In this document: in pieces, positions 14,154-23,369 of the stretch
How the letters are laid out: each line of letters starts with the position of its first letter
Numbering within the stretch: position 1 is the first letter of the stretch
From: Pseudomonadota bacterium
Lineage (GTDB): Bacteria; UBA10199; 2-02-FULL-44-16; JAAZCA01
Assembly (NCBI GenBank): GCA_043798915.1
Contig: JAZDOG010000089.1
Span: forward strand, 57,101 to 121,100
Direction of reading: 5' to 3'
DNA: 64,000 nt
Made by a program: the position numbers and the translations under genes
The notes under the pieces: generated by a model
Database searches by the model: none
What the model was told of the DNA's origin: nothing
Seen by the model: only the letters and a program-made list of their open reading frames with translations

Positions 14154-14249
14154 GATAATTAACCGCTCGGACCACTCCGATTTTTATTGAAAAACAGCTG
14201 GTTCCAACGATATCCGGGAATCCTGTTCAGGAATATATAAAGTGATTCT

Positions 14250-16283
14250 TTATACAGGCAGAAAGAGGATTTCCCGGGCTGGAATATCGACCTCGCTCAC
14301 CTCGATGAGGACCCGATCGCCGATCTTGAACGCCCTCTTCTTCTTCTGGCCGCGGATCAGCATCCCGGCCTCCTCAAAACGGTAGCGATCATCGGAGAGC
14401 GCCTCGATGCGGACGAGCCCTTCCACGAAGAAGTCGATGAGTTCGACAAAAAATCCGAATTTGGTGAGATGCGAGACCACCCCTTCGAACTTGTCGCCCA
14501 CATGCGCCTGCATGAACATCGTCGCATAAAGTTTGGCCATCTCGCGCTCTGCGTCCATGGCGATGCGCTCGCGGCGTGAGCAATGCCCCGAAATTTCCTC
14601 CAGAGGCCGCTTCTGCGCGTCTTTGCTGCCGCGCACCTGCGCTTCGACGTTCAAGGCGCGCGTGAGGAGGCGGTGGACGACGAGGTCAGGATAGCGCCTG
14701 ATCGGCGAGGTGAAGTGACAATAGCACCTGGAGACCAAGCCGTAGTGGCCCTTGTTCTCTGCACTGTAGACGGCCCGCGACATCGACCTCAGGAGCATGT
14801 GGTTGACGAGCCTCTCCTCGGGCGTCCCCCGCACCTTCTCCACCACCTCCGCCAAGCTTTGGGGCGGTGCATCCGCATCGAACCGGAATTTGTAACCAAG
14901 GTTGTGGAGGAGGATCGAAAACTCGCGCAGGCGGTCCGGCGGCGGCGGCTCGTGGATGCGGTAGATGCATCCGGCGCGCCTCTTGGTCAGAAACTCGGCC
15001 ACCGCCTCGTTAGCCGCTATCATGAATTCCTCGATCATCATGTGGCTCACATAACGCTGGGCGCGCACGATGTCGGAAACGTCACCCTGCATGTCTATGA
15101 CGATCTCGGGTTCGGGGAGATCGAAGTCGATCGAGCCGCACCGCAGCCGCTTGGCGCGCATGCGCTTATAGCATTCCTCCATCAGCTCGAACGCGGGGAG
15201 GAGCTTGCGGTAGCGGTCGCAGGTCGGAGCGTCGCGATCCACGAGTATCTTCTTCACCGCCGTGTAGGTCATCCTCTCCCTGCTCTGGATGACGCTCCGG
15301 CAGAAGCTCGTCCGGACGGTGTTGCCCTGCCCGTCGATATCCATCTCCGCGGTCATGGTGAGCCGGTCCTCGTCAGGCTTCAAGCTGCAGAGGATGTTAG
15401 AAAGCTGCTCGGGGAGCATCGGGAGACAGTCGCCGGGGAAATAGACTGATGTGCCGCGTTCGTAGGCCGCCCCATCGAGCGCCGTCTGCGGCCGAACGAA
15501 ATGGGATACATCGGCGATCGAGACCCAGAGGCGAATGAGCCCGCCTTCGATGCGCTCGACAGCCACCGCGTCGTCGAAGTCCTTGGCGCTCTCGCCGTCT
15601 ATCGTGACAAACGGCACGTCGCGGAGGTCGCGGCGCGAAGCGATCTCCCCCTCGTCCATGAGCCTGAATGCGGCATCCGCATCCTTGAGCACGGCCGGCG
15701 GAAAACCGCGGCTCAACTGGTGCCTGGTCATCACGGCGGATTTCTCCGTTGCATCATCGCCGCGCTGCCCAAGTATCTCGACGACCTCCCCAACCATCTG
15801 AGCCGAACCCGAGGGATAGCTCAGAATCCGGACCACAACGTTGTCGCCTGCTTTCGCGCCACCGCGCTTCTCCTGTGGAACTACGATCCGGTGACGGACG
15901 CGCTGGTCATCGGTGATCACCTGCAGGCCGGAACCCGACCTCTCGAGCCTCCCCATGAGGCGCATCACTCGGCGCTCCACAACGCGGACGATCCGTCCTT
16001 CGACCTTTCCGCCACGCCCCGGCGCCGTGCGCACCTCGACCAGGTCGCCGCCCAACGCGTCGCCCATAAACCTTGCGGGCACGAAGACATCGTCTTCGCC
16101 CGCGCGCGCGGAGATAACGAAACCGTAGCCGTCGCGGTGGAGGCGAAGATCTCCCGCGCGAAGCGCCGACTCGCCGCCGCCCTTTTGCGGCGCAGCCTTC
16201 GCCTGGGTGCGCTCCTTCTTGCCTGGCCTTCCAGCGCGCCTGACAATGCCGCCACTCCCCTTTTGTCTCCCGCGTCCTCTCAT
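14250..16283 (-). CDS. rnr: Ribonuclease R
   Basis: Cold-shock domains, RNB (TIDGESAKDFDDA, HFTSPIRRYPDL), C-terminal S1. Confidence 0.95.
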   Translation of the reverse strand: MRGRGRQKGSGGIVRRAGRPGKKERTQAKAAPQKGGGESALRAGDLRLHRDGYGFVISARAGEDDVFVPARFMGDALGGDLVEVRTAPGRGGKVEGRIVRVVERRVMRLMGRLERSGSGLQVITDDQRVRHRIVVPQEKRGGAKAGDNVVVRILSYPSGSAQMVGEVVEILGQRGDDATEKSAVMTRHQLSRGFPPAVLKDADAAFRLMDEGEIASRRDLRDVPFVTIDGESAKDFDDAVAVERIEGGLIRLWVSIADVSHFVRPQTALDGAAYERGTSVYFPGDCLPMLPEQLSNILCSLKPDEDRLTMTAEMDIDGQGNTVRTSFCRSVIQSRERMTYTAVKKILVDRDAPTCDRYRKLLPAFELMEECYKRMRAKRLRCGSIDFDLPEPEIVIDMQGDVSDIVRAQRYVSHMMIEEFMIAANEAVAEFLTKRRAGCIYRIHEPPPPDRLREFSILLHNLGYKFRFDADAPPQSLAEVVEKVRGTPEERLVNHMLLRSMSRAVYSAENKGHYGLVSRCYCHFTSPIRRYPDLVVHRLLTRALNVEAQVRGSKDAQKRPLEEISGHCSRRERIAMDAEREMAKLYATMFMQAHVGDKFEGVVSHLTKFGFFVELIDFFVEGLVRIEALSDDRYRFEEAGMLIRGQKKKRAFKIGDRVLIEVSEVDIPAREILFLPV

Positions 16284-16448
16284 AGGGCTGGAGAATAACT
16301 TTGTTATGGAAAGATTACAAGAAAGGAAAAGATGGAAGCTTCGCCCTTCGGCCGCATTTAGTGCTCTGAAGCGGTCTTCCTGCGATTAGAGCTTGACCCT
16401 GGTCGGGCTCAACGTTATACGAACCTTATCTTATCGGAGGGCGCTATC

Positions 16449-17735
16449 ATGGGCGGCTGCAAAATCAACTTCACACAGGAAAGCAACGCATTGGCCTACA
16501 GGTTTTATCAGGCCCTCAGCAAAGACGGCATCTCATGCGCGGATTTGGACGTGGGCGCCGGCACCATAAATTACACTGGAACCGAATGTCCTGCCAAAAA
16601 CGACAGAACCTGCACCAAAGGCAAGGGCGACAGTATCGTGGAGGCAGAAGAGGTCTTTGAATATGCGCTGAACAATTACGAAAAGTATCAAAAGCTGATC
16701 GAAGGGACGCTCAGCCGTCCCCTTCCGTGGGTGCTGGACGATTTGAACCCCAATACGCCAGATGACTTTGACGGTAAAGTACGCGGGCGTATCAATGAAG
16801 CAATTGCTGAGTTCAAGAAGATTCTCGAGGAAGATGGCTTGAAGGAGGGGACGCCAGAATATAGCGAGAGGCTGGCGGCTGGGCTGTTCTGGCTGGTGAC
16901 GAGTCCGCCAAAAGGGGCATCTAATGGCTCTGTTAAACAAAAAATAACAAGCGGTCTCAATGGGGACAACTTGGGAAAATTTTGGGATTATACAGAAAAA
17001 AACGGAGGCCTTCGTATTAGAGGCGATTCTTCAGAAGAATATACCGCTCTGGAGGCCCTGCAACATAAAAAAGGCAAATGCACCGAAACTTCAAAAATCC
17101 TCTTTGCGGTCCTCAAGATGGCTGGCTTCAAACCCATTTTTACATACGAAGATATCGCCAGAGAGAAAATAGATGATCCGGAAATTAGAAAACTTGTTGA
17201 AGGATCTCCGCCAGGCAAGTTTCATGTTTGCATTGGACTTGCCATCAACGGCAGATTCAGAACGTTTGACCCTTCGCTGATAAACTCGGACGCGGACTAC
17301 AAACACTTTTATCCATTGTCGTTGAGGCAGTTTTTAAGCCTTGATTATAGCAATCGCGGAGCTACCTGGCACGAAAAAGGTGAAGGTGACAAGGCGATCG
17401 CTGAACTTTCGGAGGCGATAACGATCGATTCAAAGTGTGCATGGGCATATTATAATCGCGGCCTTGTCTGGGGCAAGAGAGATAAACCTGACAAAGCAAT
17501 CGCTGATTTTTCAGAGGCGATAAAAATCAACCCAAAATTTGCAGTAGCACATCTGAACTTAGCAGTGGCCTGCGCGATAATGGGTGGAAAATTGGAAATA
17601 GCTGATGATAAAAGGCAGGCACTTGAAATGTATCAAAAGGCTCTGAAAGAAGCTCAAACAGCAGCGGAATTTGGCATGCCGATGTCCGATGGAAATCTGA
17701 TTGAGCTACGAAGGAGAATTGAAAGATTGAGGTAA
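16449..17735 (+). CDS. Transglutaminase-like domain + TPR protein
   Basis: GKCTETSKILFAVLKMAGF (Cys), FHVCIG (His), FDPS (Asp); C-terminal TPRs (AYYNRGLVW..AIADFSEAIKINP); GGAGG RBS. Confidence 0.75.
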   Translation: MGGCKINFTQESNALAYRFYQALSKDGISCADLDVGAGTINYTGTECPAKNDRTCTKGKGDSIVEAEEVFEYALNNYEKYQKLIEGTLSRPLPWVLDDLNPNTPDDFDGKVRGRINEAIAEFKKILEEDGLKEGTPEYSERLAAGLFWLVTSPPKGASNGSVKQKITSGLNGDNLGKFWDYTEKNGGLRIRGDSSEEYTALEALQHKKGKCTETSKILFAVLKMAGFKPIFTYEDIAREKIDDPEIRKLVEGSPPGKFHVCIGLAINGRFRTFDPSLINSDADYKHFYPLSLRQFLSLDYSNRGATWHEKGEGDKAIAELSEAITIDSKCAWAYYNRGLVWGKRDKPDKAIADFSEAIKINPKFAVAHLNLAVACAIMGGKLEIADDKRQALEMYQKALKEAQTAAEFGMPMSDGNLIELRRRIERLR

Positions 17736-17806
17736 GAAACGCAAGGCGAAGGGCATTGCCCAGAATCCAGAACGGTATTTTTTTGAAACCCATCAGACAA
17801 ACCCAA

Positions 17807-18199
17807 TCATTCTCCTTCTATCGATGACAGCTCCATCTCCCTGCCGGCGACGACAGAGACATCGCCTGAGGAGCAGGCCGGACAATCGGGCGGGAGATAG
17901 AGGGCCGGCGCATGCGCGATGTGGTGCGCGAACTCGCAATCGTCAAACCGGCTGTCGGCAAAGCGCTTCCCGCAGGGGGCGCAGGCGAGCTCCACCGGGA
18001 CTTCCTCTATATCGAAGCTCATCCCTTCGAGGGCTGGGGCCTTCTCATATGACGAAAGGCAGAACTCCAGCTGCTCCCTCTGGAAGGCGGCCATCTTCCC
18101 TATCCTGAGTTTTGCGCTCGCCACCTTCGTAAAACCGTTTTCAACCGCCTTTTCGGCTACCGTCTCGATGATCGTCTGTGCAATCGACAGTTCGTGCAT
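17807..18199 (-). CDS. hypA: Hydrogenase nickel metallochaperone HypA
   Basis: MHELSIA start, CxxC..CPAC, GREM. Confidence 0.93.
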   Translation of the reverse strand: MHELSIAQTIIETVAEKAVENGFTKVASAKLRIGKMAAFQREQLEFCLSSYEKAPALEGMSFDIEEVPVELACAPCGKRFADSRFDDCEFAHHIAHAPALYLPPDCPACSSGDVSVVAGREMELSSIEGE

Positions 18200-18200
18200 A

Positions 18201-18686
18201 TCACTCCCCTTTCAACCAACCGCGCTCGTCTAACGTTTTAACAATAGACTCGGCCATCTTCGGTATCGCCTCCGCAACCTTTGGAGTCGGGCTCTCTCCA
18301 AATGAAAATTCGTCCTTCACCTCCATCACGAATATTGCGATCTCGTTCGGGAAAGGGACGCCCATCCTCTTCGCCAGCTCGCATGCCGTGGCGAAGTCGA
18401 TCTGATGGAGCGACGAGAGGCGCGCAGAAGGCTTGAGGGCGGCCGGATCCAGCTCATAGAAATCGCCAGGCGTCCCGCCCTTCGTGTGGATGGCATCTAT
18501 TATCACGGCCCTGTCGTATCCAGAAAGGAGGTCCACGAAGTTAAAACCCCCGACAGAGGCCTCTTTGATCGAGATTCGAGACTTCGACCTCAACAGAGAT
18601 TCAATATCGCGCACAACATAGATGCCGGCGCCGTCGTCGGTCAGGATGGTATTCCCGAGGCCTAGAATTATTGTTTTGGAAGGCAT
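18201..18686 (-). CDS. Hydrogenase maturation protease (HybD/HycI family)
   Basis: LGLGNTILTDDGAG, IIDA, SSLHQ motifs; adjacent to large subunit. Confidence 0.9.
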   Translation of the reverse strand: MPSKTIILGLGNTILTDDGAGIYVVRDIESLLRSKSRISIKEASVGGFNFVDLLSGYDRAVIIDAIHTKGGTPGDFYELDPAALKPSARLSSLHQIDFATACELAKRMGVPFPNEIAIFVMEVKDEFSFGESPTPKVAEAIPKMAESIVKTLDERGWLKGE

Positions 18687-18688
18687 TC

Positions 18689-20149
18689 TCAACGCGTCAA
18701 CTTTTGCACTACATTGCGGTCTGAATCGTAGACCACGACCTCAAGGGGCATCTGGCCGGGGAGCGAGTGCGTGGCGCAGCCGTAGCAGGGGTCGTAGGAG
18801 CGGAACGACATCTCGACCATATTGAGGAGGGCGTCGGTCACGGGCTTTCCGGCCTTGATCACGCCCTGCGCCGCCTTCTTGATCGACATACAGATAGGCG
18901 CATGGTTGTTCGTGGTGCCGACGATGAGATTCGCCTTCGTGACGATGCCGTTCTCGTCGGTCCAGTAGTGGTGCGTGAGCGTCCCGCGCGGGGCCTCGAC
19001 GATGCCGACGCCCTCCGATGGGGTCTTCGTGGGTAGCGCGCGATAGTCGGCGCCCATTATCCCGTCGTCCTTCACGAGCTCCACGAGCCTCTCTGCGGCA
19101 TACATGAGCTCGATCACACGCGCCCAGTGCATCGCCAGGTTGTGCTTCACCGGCTTGCCGCCGAGGGTCTTGTACATCTTGTCATATTCCGCCTGCGCAA
19201 GGGGCGTCGTCATCCCGTCTGCGGCGTTCAGGCGGGCAAGCGGCGTTGCCTGATACACGCCGGAGTCCTTGCCCGAGACAAATCCCTTACAGCCGATCTT
19301 TTTGAGATATGGGAATTTGAGGTACGTCCACGGCTCAACGTGTTCAGCAACATATTCGCGGTAATCATCCGGTGCATACTTACAATGTTCCACACCATCA
19401 GGACCGACCACGCGCACCTTGCCGTCGTAGAAATTCACCTTATTGTTCCCGTCGACGAGCCCCATATAATACGTCGGGAACGTGTATGGATCTGAGAGGA
19501 TGAGGTCCACGTAGGCCTTGTTCTTTAGGACGATGTCCTCGAAGACCTTTAGCGTAAACTTCGCAAACTCCACGCCATCCGTTGCGATCTGTGCGATCCT
19601 TGTGCGCTCCTCTTTGGAAAGCCCCTTGCTCACCCCGCCTGGCAGGGCATTGATCGGATTTACCGGCTTGCCGCCGAGGATGGCTGCGATCTCGTGGCAC
19701 TCTCTGCGCGTCTTTATCACCTTGCCGCCGACCTCGAGGCCGACCTTCTTTATCACGCCGATGATGTTTCTCTCCGCCTTGGGCGCGTCCGGACCGCAGA
19801 CGAAATCAGGGCCGGCGAGCGCGTAGAAGTGCGTCGTATGATCGCCGAGGAAGAACGCGCTGTACTGTAGTTCACGGAGCTTCTTTGCGGTCTCAGGGAT
19901 GTCGATGCCATATACCGCATCGCACGCCTTTGCGGAAGCCATGAGATGCGCCTCGGGGCAGACGCCGCAGATGCGCGAGGTGATGCGCGGCATCTCTTCG
20001 ACCGGGCGCCCCTCCGCAAATTTTTCAAACCCGCGAAGCTCCGGCACCTGAAAGTATGCGTTGGCGACGTCGCCCTTGTCGTCGAGGAATATTTCGATTT
20101 TTCCGTGCCCCTCAAGCCTCGTCACGGGGTCTATGGTGATGCGTTTCAT
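18689..20149 (-). CDS. mvhA: [NiFe]-hydrogenase large subunit, MvhA type (group 3c-like)
   Basis: TRLEGHG, L1 RICGVC, EAPRGTL, L2 DPCYGCATH plus cleavable C-terminal tail. Confidence 0.93.
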   Translation of the reverse strand: MKRITIDPVTRLEGHGKIEIFLDDKGDVANAYFQVPELRGFEKFAEGRPVEEMPRITSRICGVCPEAHLMASAKACDAVYGIDIPETAKKLRELQYSAFFLGDHTTHFYALAGPDFVCGPDAPKAERNIIGVIKKVGLEVGGKVIKTRRECHEIAAILGGKPVNPINALPGGVSKGLSKEERTRIAQIATDGVEFAKFTLKVFEDIVLKNKAYVDLILSDPYTFPTYYMGLVDGNNKVNFYDGKVRVVGPDGVEHCKYAPDDYREYVAEHVEPWTYLKFPYLKKIGCKGFVSGKDSGVYQATPLARLNAADGMTTPLAQAEYDKMYKTLGGKPVKHNLAMHWARVIELMYAAERLVELVKDDGIMGADYRALPTKTPSEGVGIVEAPRGTLTHHYWTDENGIVTKANLIVGTTNNHAPICMSIKKAAQGVIKAGKPVTDALLNMVEMSFRSYDPCYGCATHSLPGQMPLEVVVYDSDRNVVQKLTR

Positions 20150-20154
20150 ATGAA

Positions 20155-21153
20155 TTACACCTTTGCCCTTCCCAGAACAGAATTCGTCACGCCAAACCTG
20201 TAGAACGTCCCGACCGGGTCGACAAGCCCCGCCGCGATTGCCTCGCCGCGCTTCTCGTCGCCTTTGGTGTCGATCAGAGAGCCGATCGCCGAAGCCGCCC
20301 TCGCGCCCTGATCCTCAACACCTTCTGCAGGACCGTAACAGCCGCGGCACGGCATGTTCGCCTTGAGACACTGCGCCTCGCATCCGGAGCGCGTGGCCGA
20401 GCCAACGCATACAAAACCCTGCTCCAGCAAGCACTGCGGCTTGTTCTTGAGCTCCGGCCTGGGAGTCAAGTCAGGCTTGTCCAGGTGAGGCCGCTTGAAG
20501 CGCTCGATGCGGACATCCTTCGTCTTCTTCTCGAACGGGCACTCGTCGCAGACCGACTTGTCGCCCACGCCGACGATAGAGCCCTTCGGCGGGAGTTTTC
20601 CGGAGGCGATCGCCTCTATCACATTCCACGTCTGCTTTGCGGTCGGAGGACATCCGGGGATGAAGTAATCGGCGTCCACGACATCCTTCAGCCTCATCAC
20701 CGAGCTGTAGAATTCAGGTATATGCAGCTCCCCTTCCGGCATCGTCACCTTCTCCTGCGGCAGGATGCCTTTGGGATTGTCGGTCGATTCTGTGGTCTTA
20801 TACGCCCGTTCAAGGATGGAATCCTTCGTGTAGAGGTTCGCAAGTGAAGGAACCCCGCCGAAGCATGAACAGGCGCCGTATGCCGCGAGCACCTTCGATT
20901 TTTTGCGGAGGAGCTCCGCGATCTCTTTCGTCTCGCTGTTTCTCACGCCGCCGTTCCAGAGGCAGACGTCTATGTAGCCATCGGCATATTTGCGGACGTC
21001 GTCATATTTGAAGTCGGCGATGCACGGCCACATCACGATATCCGCGATATCTATCACCTTGAGTATCTTCTCCGCTATCTCAAGCGTGGAGATATCGCAT
21101 CCGCCGCAACCAGCGCCCCAATATACCCCGAGTTTTAATTTTTTATCGGCCAT
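20155..21153 (-). CDS. mvhG: [NiFe]-hydrogenase small subunit, MvhG type
   Basis: CGGC, GACSCFGG, PGCPP, CLLEQGFVC, CRGCYG. Confidence 0.9.
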   Translation of the reverse strand: MADKKLKLGVYWGAGCGGCDISTLEIAEKILKVIDIADIVMWPCIADFKYDDVRKYADGYIDVCLWNGGVRNSETKEIAELLRKKSKVLAAYGACSCFGGVPSLANLYTKDSILERAYKTTESTDNPKGILPQEKVTMPEGELHIPEFYSSVMRLKDVVDADYFIPGCPPTAKQTWNVIEAIASGKLPPKGSIVGVGDKSVCDECPFEKKTKDVRIERFKRPHLDKPDLTPRPELKNKPQCLLEQGFVCVGSATRSGCEAQCLKANMPCRGCYGPAEGVEDQGARAASAIGSLIDTKGDEKRGEAIAAGLVDPVGTFYRFGVTNSVLGRAKV

Positions 21154-21559
21154 CGCCTCTCCAATTGAGAGGTCCCAGCTTCCTGATCTGCTCGGTCATC
21201 TCATTTGTCACCGATGCGACGCGATCGCCCTCGGAAGCTGATATCCATTCAAGGCGAAAGCGCTCTGGCTCGATGCCGAATTGACTGAGCATCTCCTTCA
21301 GGATCGGCATCCGGCCCATCGTCTTGTGATTTCCCTCTATATAATGGCAGTCGCCAGGATGGCACCCCGCCACGAGCACGCCATCGGCCCCGTCCTTGAA
21401 CGCCTTGAGGATGAAGAGCGGATCGACTCGGCCCGAGCACATAACACGGACGATGCGCATGTTCGGCGCGTACTTTATGCGCGCGATGCCGGCAAGGTCA
21501 GCGCCGGTGTATGAGCACCAGTTGCAGAAAATGCCGAGTATTTTGGGTTCAAAAGACAT
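21143..21559 (-). CDS. mvhD: MvhD [2Fe-2S] subunit
   Basis: FCNWCSY, VMCSGRVD, GCHPGDCHY, WISASEG; start MSFEPK at 21559. Confidence 0.93.
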   Translation of the reverse strand: MSFEPKILGIFCNWCSYTGADLAGIARIKYAPNMRIVRVMCSGRVDPLFILKAFKDGADGVLVAGCHPGDCHYIEGNHKTMGRMPILKEMLSQFGIEPERFRLEWISASEGDRVASVTNEMTEQIRKLGPLNWRGDGR

Positions 21560-21573
21560 TTCAGCACTCCGCT

Positions 21574-23361
21574 CTATGCCAACACCCCTTCTATCTCCGC
21601 AAGCACCTGCGAATTCTTGAAGTTTTGCGCCGCTATGACGCCGCACGGACATGCCGCGACGCACGTGCCGCACCCCTTGCAGAGCGCCTCGTTCACGCGC
21701 GAGACCTTCTTATCTTCAATGTAATCTATCGCGTGGTACGGACACATGTCATTGCATATCCTGCAACCTGTGCAATGATCTTCGTCGATGAGTGCAGTGG
21801 CCGCGTCTATCTCGATCTTACCCTTTGCCGCGAGCATCATCGCCTGTGCCGCGGCGCCCGATGCCTGCGCGACCGTGTCCGGGATGTCCTTGGGGCCCTG
21901 GCAGCAACCGGCGATGAAGATTCCGTCGGTCGCCGTGGAGACCGGCGCAAGCTTCGGATGCTTCTCCGCGAAGAAGCCGTCCTTGCTCTGGCAGAGAGTG
22001 AGAAGTCTGGCCACCTCCGGCGCGTCCTTCCCCGCCTCGATGGCCGAGCACAGGACGACCATATCCACCGGCACGCGGCGTATCCGGCGCAAAAGCGTAT
22101 CCTCGCACGTAACGACGAGCTTGCCCTCCTCCTCCGGATAGAGCGCAAAATCGCTGACCGAGGCCGCCTTGCCGCGAATAAAGCGCACATCCTCCTCAAG
22201 CAGGCGATTGTAAAACTCTTCATATCCCTTGCCGAATGAGCGCATGTCGATATAAAAAGCGTATACCTCCGCGCCTGTTTTTTCCTTCACGAGGTGCGCA
22301 AACTTCAGCGCGTACATGCAGCAGACGCGCGAACAATATTCATGATAGTTTTTGTCCCGGCTTCCTATGCAATGAATTATGCCGATCGATTTTGGCTCGG
22401 AACCGTCGGCAAGGACGATCTTGCCATTGGTGGAACCGGCGGCACAGTTCATCCTCTCAAACTCAAGGCTTGTTATGACATTGTCGAACCGCCCGTAGCC
22501 ATACTGCATTGTCTTGCGCGGATCAAAGAGTTGAAAACCGGTGGCGGCGATTATGGACCCGACCTCCACCTCCCGGGTTGTGTCCTTCATCTCGTGATCG
22601 ATAGCCTCGGTGGGACATATTTTCGCGCAGATCTTGCACTTCCCGTTTCTGAAGTAGATGCACGACTGCGTGTCGATGACCGGCTTGTTGGGGACAGCCT
22701 GCATCGTGGGCACATAGATCGCGGTGTTAGGGCCAAGGGTGATGTCGCCGTGCACGATCTTGTCTTCCATCGTCCCCGTCACACGGATATGGCCCGTAGG
22801 GCAGACCTTCGCGCAGGAGCCGCACCCGATGCACCTGTCGGAATCCACTTCAAAAGGCGTAGTGACGCTTCGCTCGATCCCCCGTCCCGCGAACGCGATG
22901 GCCTTGGCGCCGACCACCTCATTGCAGACACGGACGCAAAGGCCGCAGAGAATGCACCCCTCTTCGCCTTTGCCGAAACGAGATTCATCAATGCCGAGTT
23001 CAGAAGCGAGCTCGCGCAGCACTTTTACCTTTGAACAGCGCGCAAGGAAAAACTCCACCAGGAGCTTTCGAATGGACCTTATCCGCTCGTTGTATGTGAC
23101 AACCTCAAGCCCTTCCTCGACGGGATAATTGCAGGCGGTCACATAACGGACCCGTTTCCCGCGACGGACCTCAACGGTGCATATCCGGCATGCCGCATAA
23201 GGCTGCACGTGTCTGTAGTAGCAAAGGGTCGGGATCTTTATCCCCAGTTTCTCCGCCGCGGCGAGTATGTACGAACCCTTCGCGACCTCAACCTCCCTGC
23301 CGTCGACGACGAGTTTGACCGTTTCCACAGGAGCTTTTGTCTTCACATTATCGTTCGCCAT
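21574..23361 (-). CDS. hdrA: Fusion of a HydA/NuoG-like N-terminal Fe-S module with the C-terminal part of heterodisulfide reductase subunit A
   Basis: IPTLC..ACRICTV..TAC [2Fe-2S] and 2x CxxCxxCxxxC, then HdrA sequence AIYVP..QAVP, LEFER, HCIGSRD..YCSRVCCMYALK, HPKLAPV, QGPKDI and C-terminal ferredoxin; start MANDNV at 23361. Confidence 0.88.
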   Translation of the reverse strand: MANDNVKTKAPVETVKLVVDGREVEVAKGSYILAAAEKLGIKIPTLCYYRHVQPYAACRICTVEVRRGKRVRYVTACNYPVEEGLEVVTYNERIRSIRKLLVEFFLARCSKVKVLRELASELGIDESRFGKGEEGCILCGLCVRVCNEVVGAKAIAFAGRGIERSVTTPFEVDSDRCIGCGSCAKVCPTGHIRVTGTMEDKIVHGDITLGPNTAIYVPTMQAVPNKPVIDTQSCIYFRNGKCKICAKICPTEAIDHEMKDTTREVEVGSIIAATGFQLFDPRKTMQYGYGRFDNVITSLEFERMNCAAGSTNGKIVLADGSEPKSIGIIHCIGSRDKNYHEYCSRVCCMYALKFAHLVKEKTGAEVYAFYIDMRSFGKGYEEFYNRLLEEDVRFIRGKAASVSDFALYPEEEGKLVVTCEDTLLRRIRRVPVDMVVLCSAIEAGKDAPEVARLLTLCQSKDGFFAEKHPKLAPVSTATDGIFIAGCCQGPKDIPDTVAQASGAAAQAMMLAAKGKIEIDAATALIDEDHCTGCRICNDMCPYHAIDYIEDKKVSRVNEALCKGCGTCVAACPCGVIAAQNFKNSQVLAEIEGVLA

Positions 23362-23369
23362 AGATCCAT

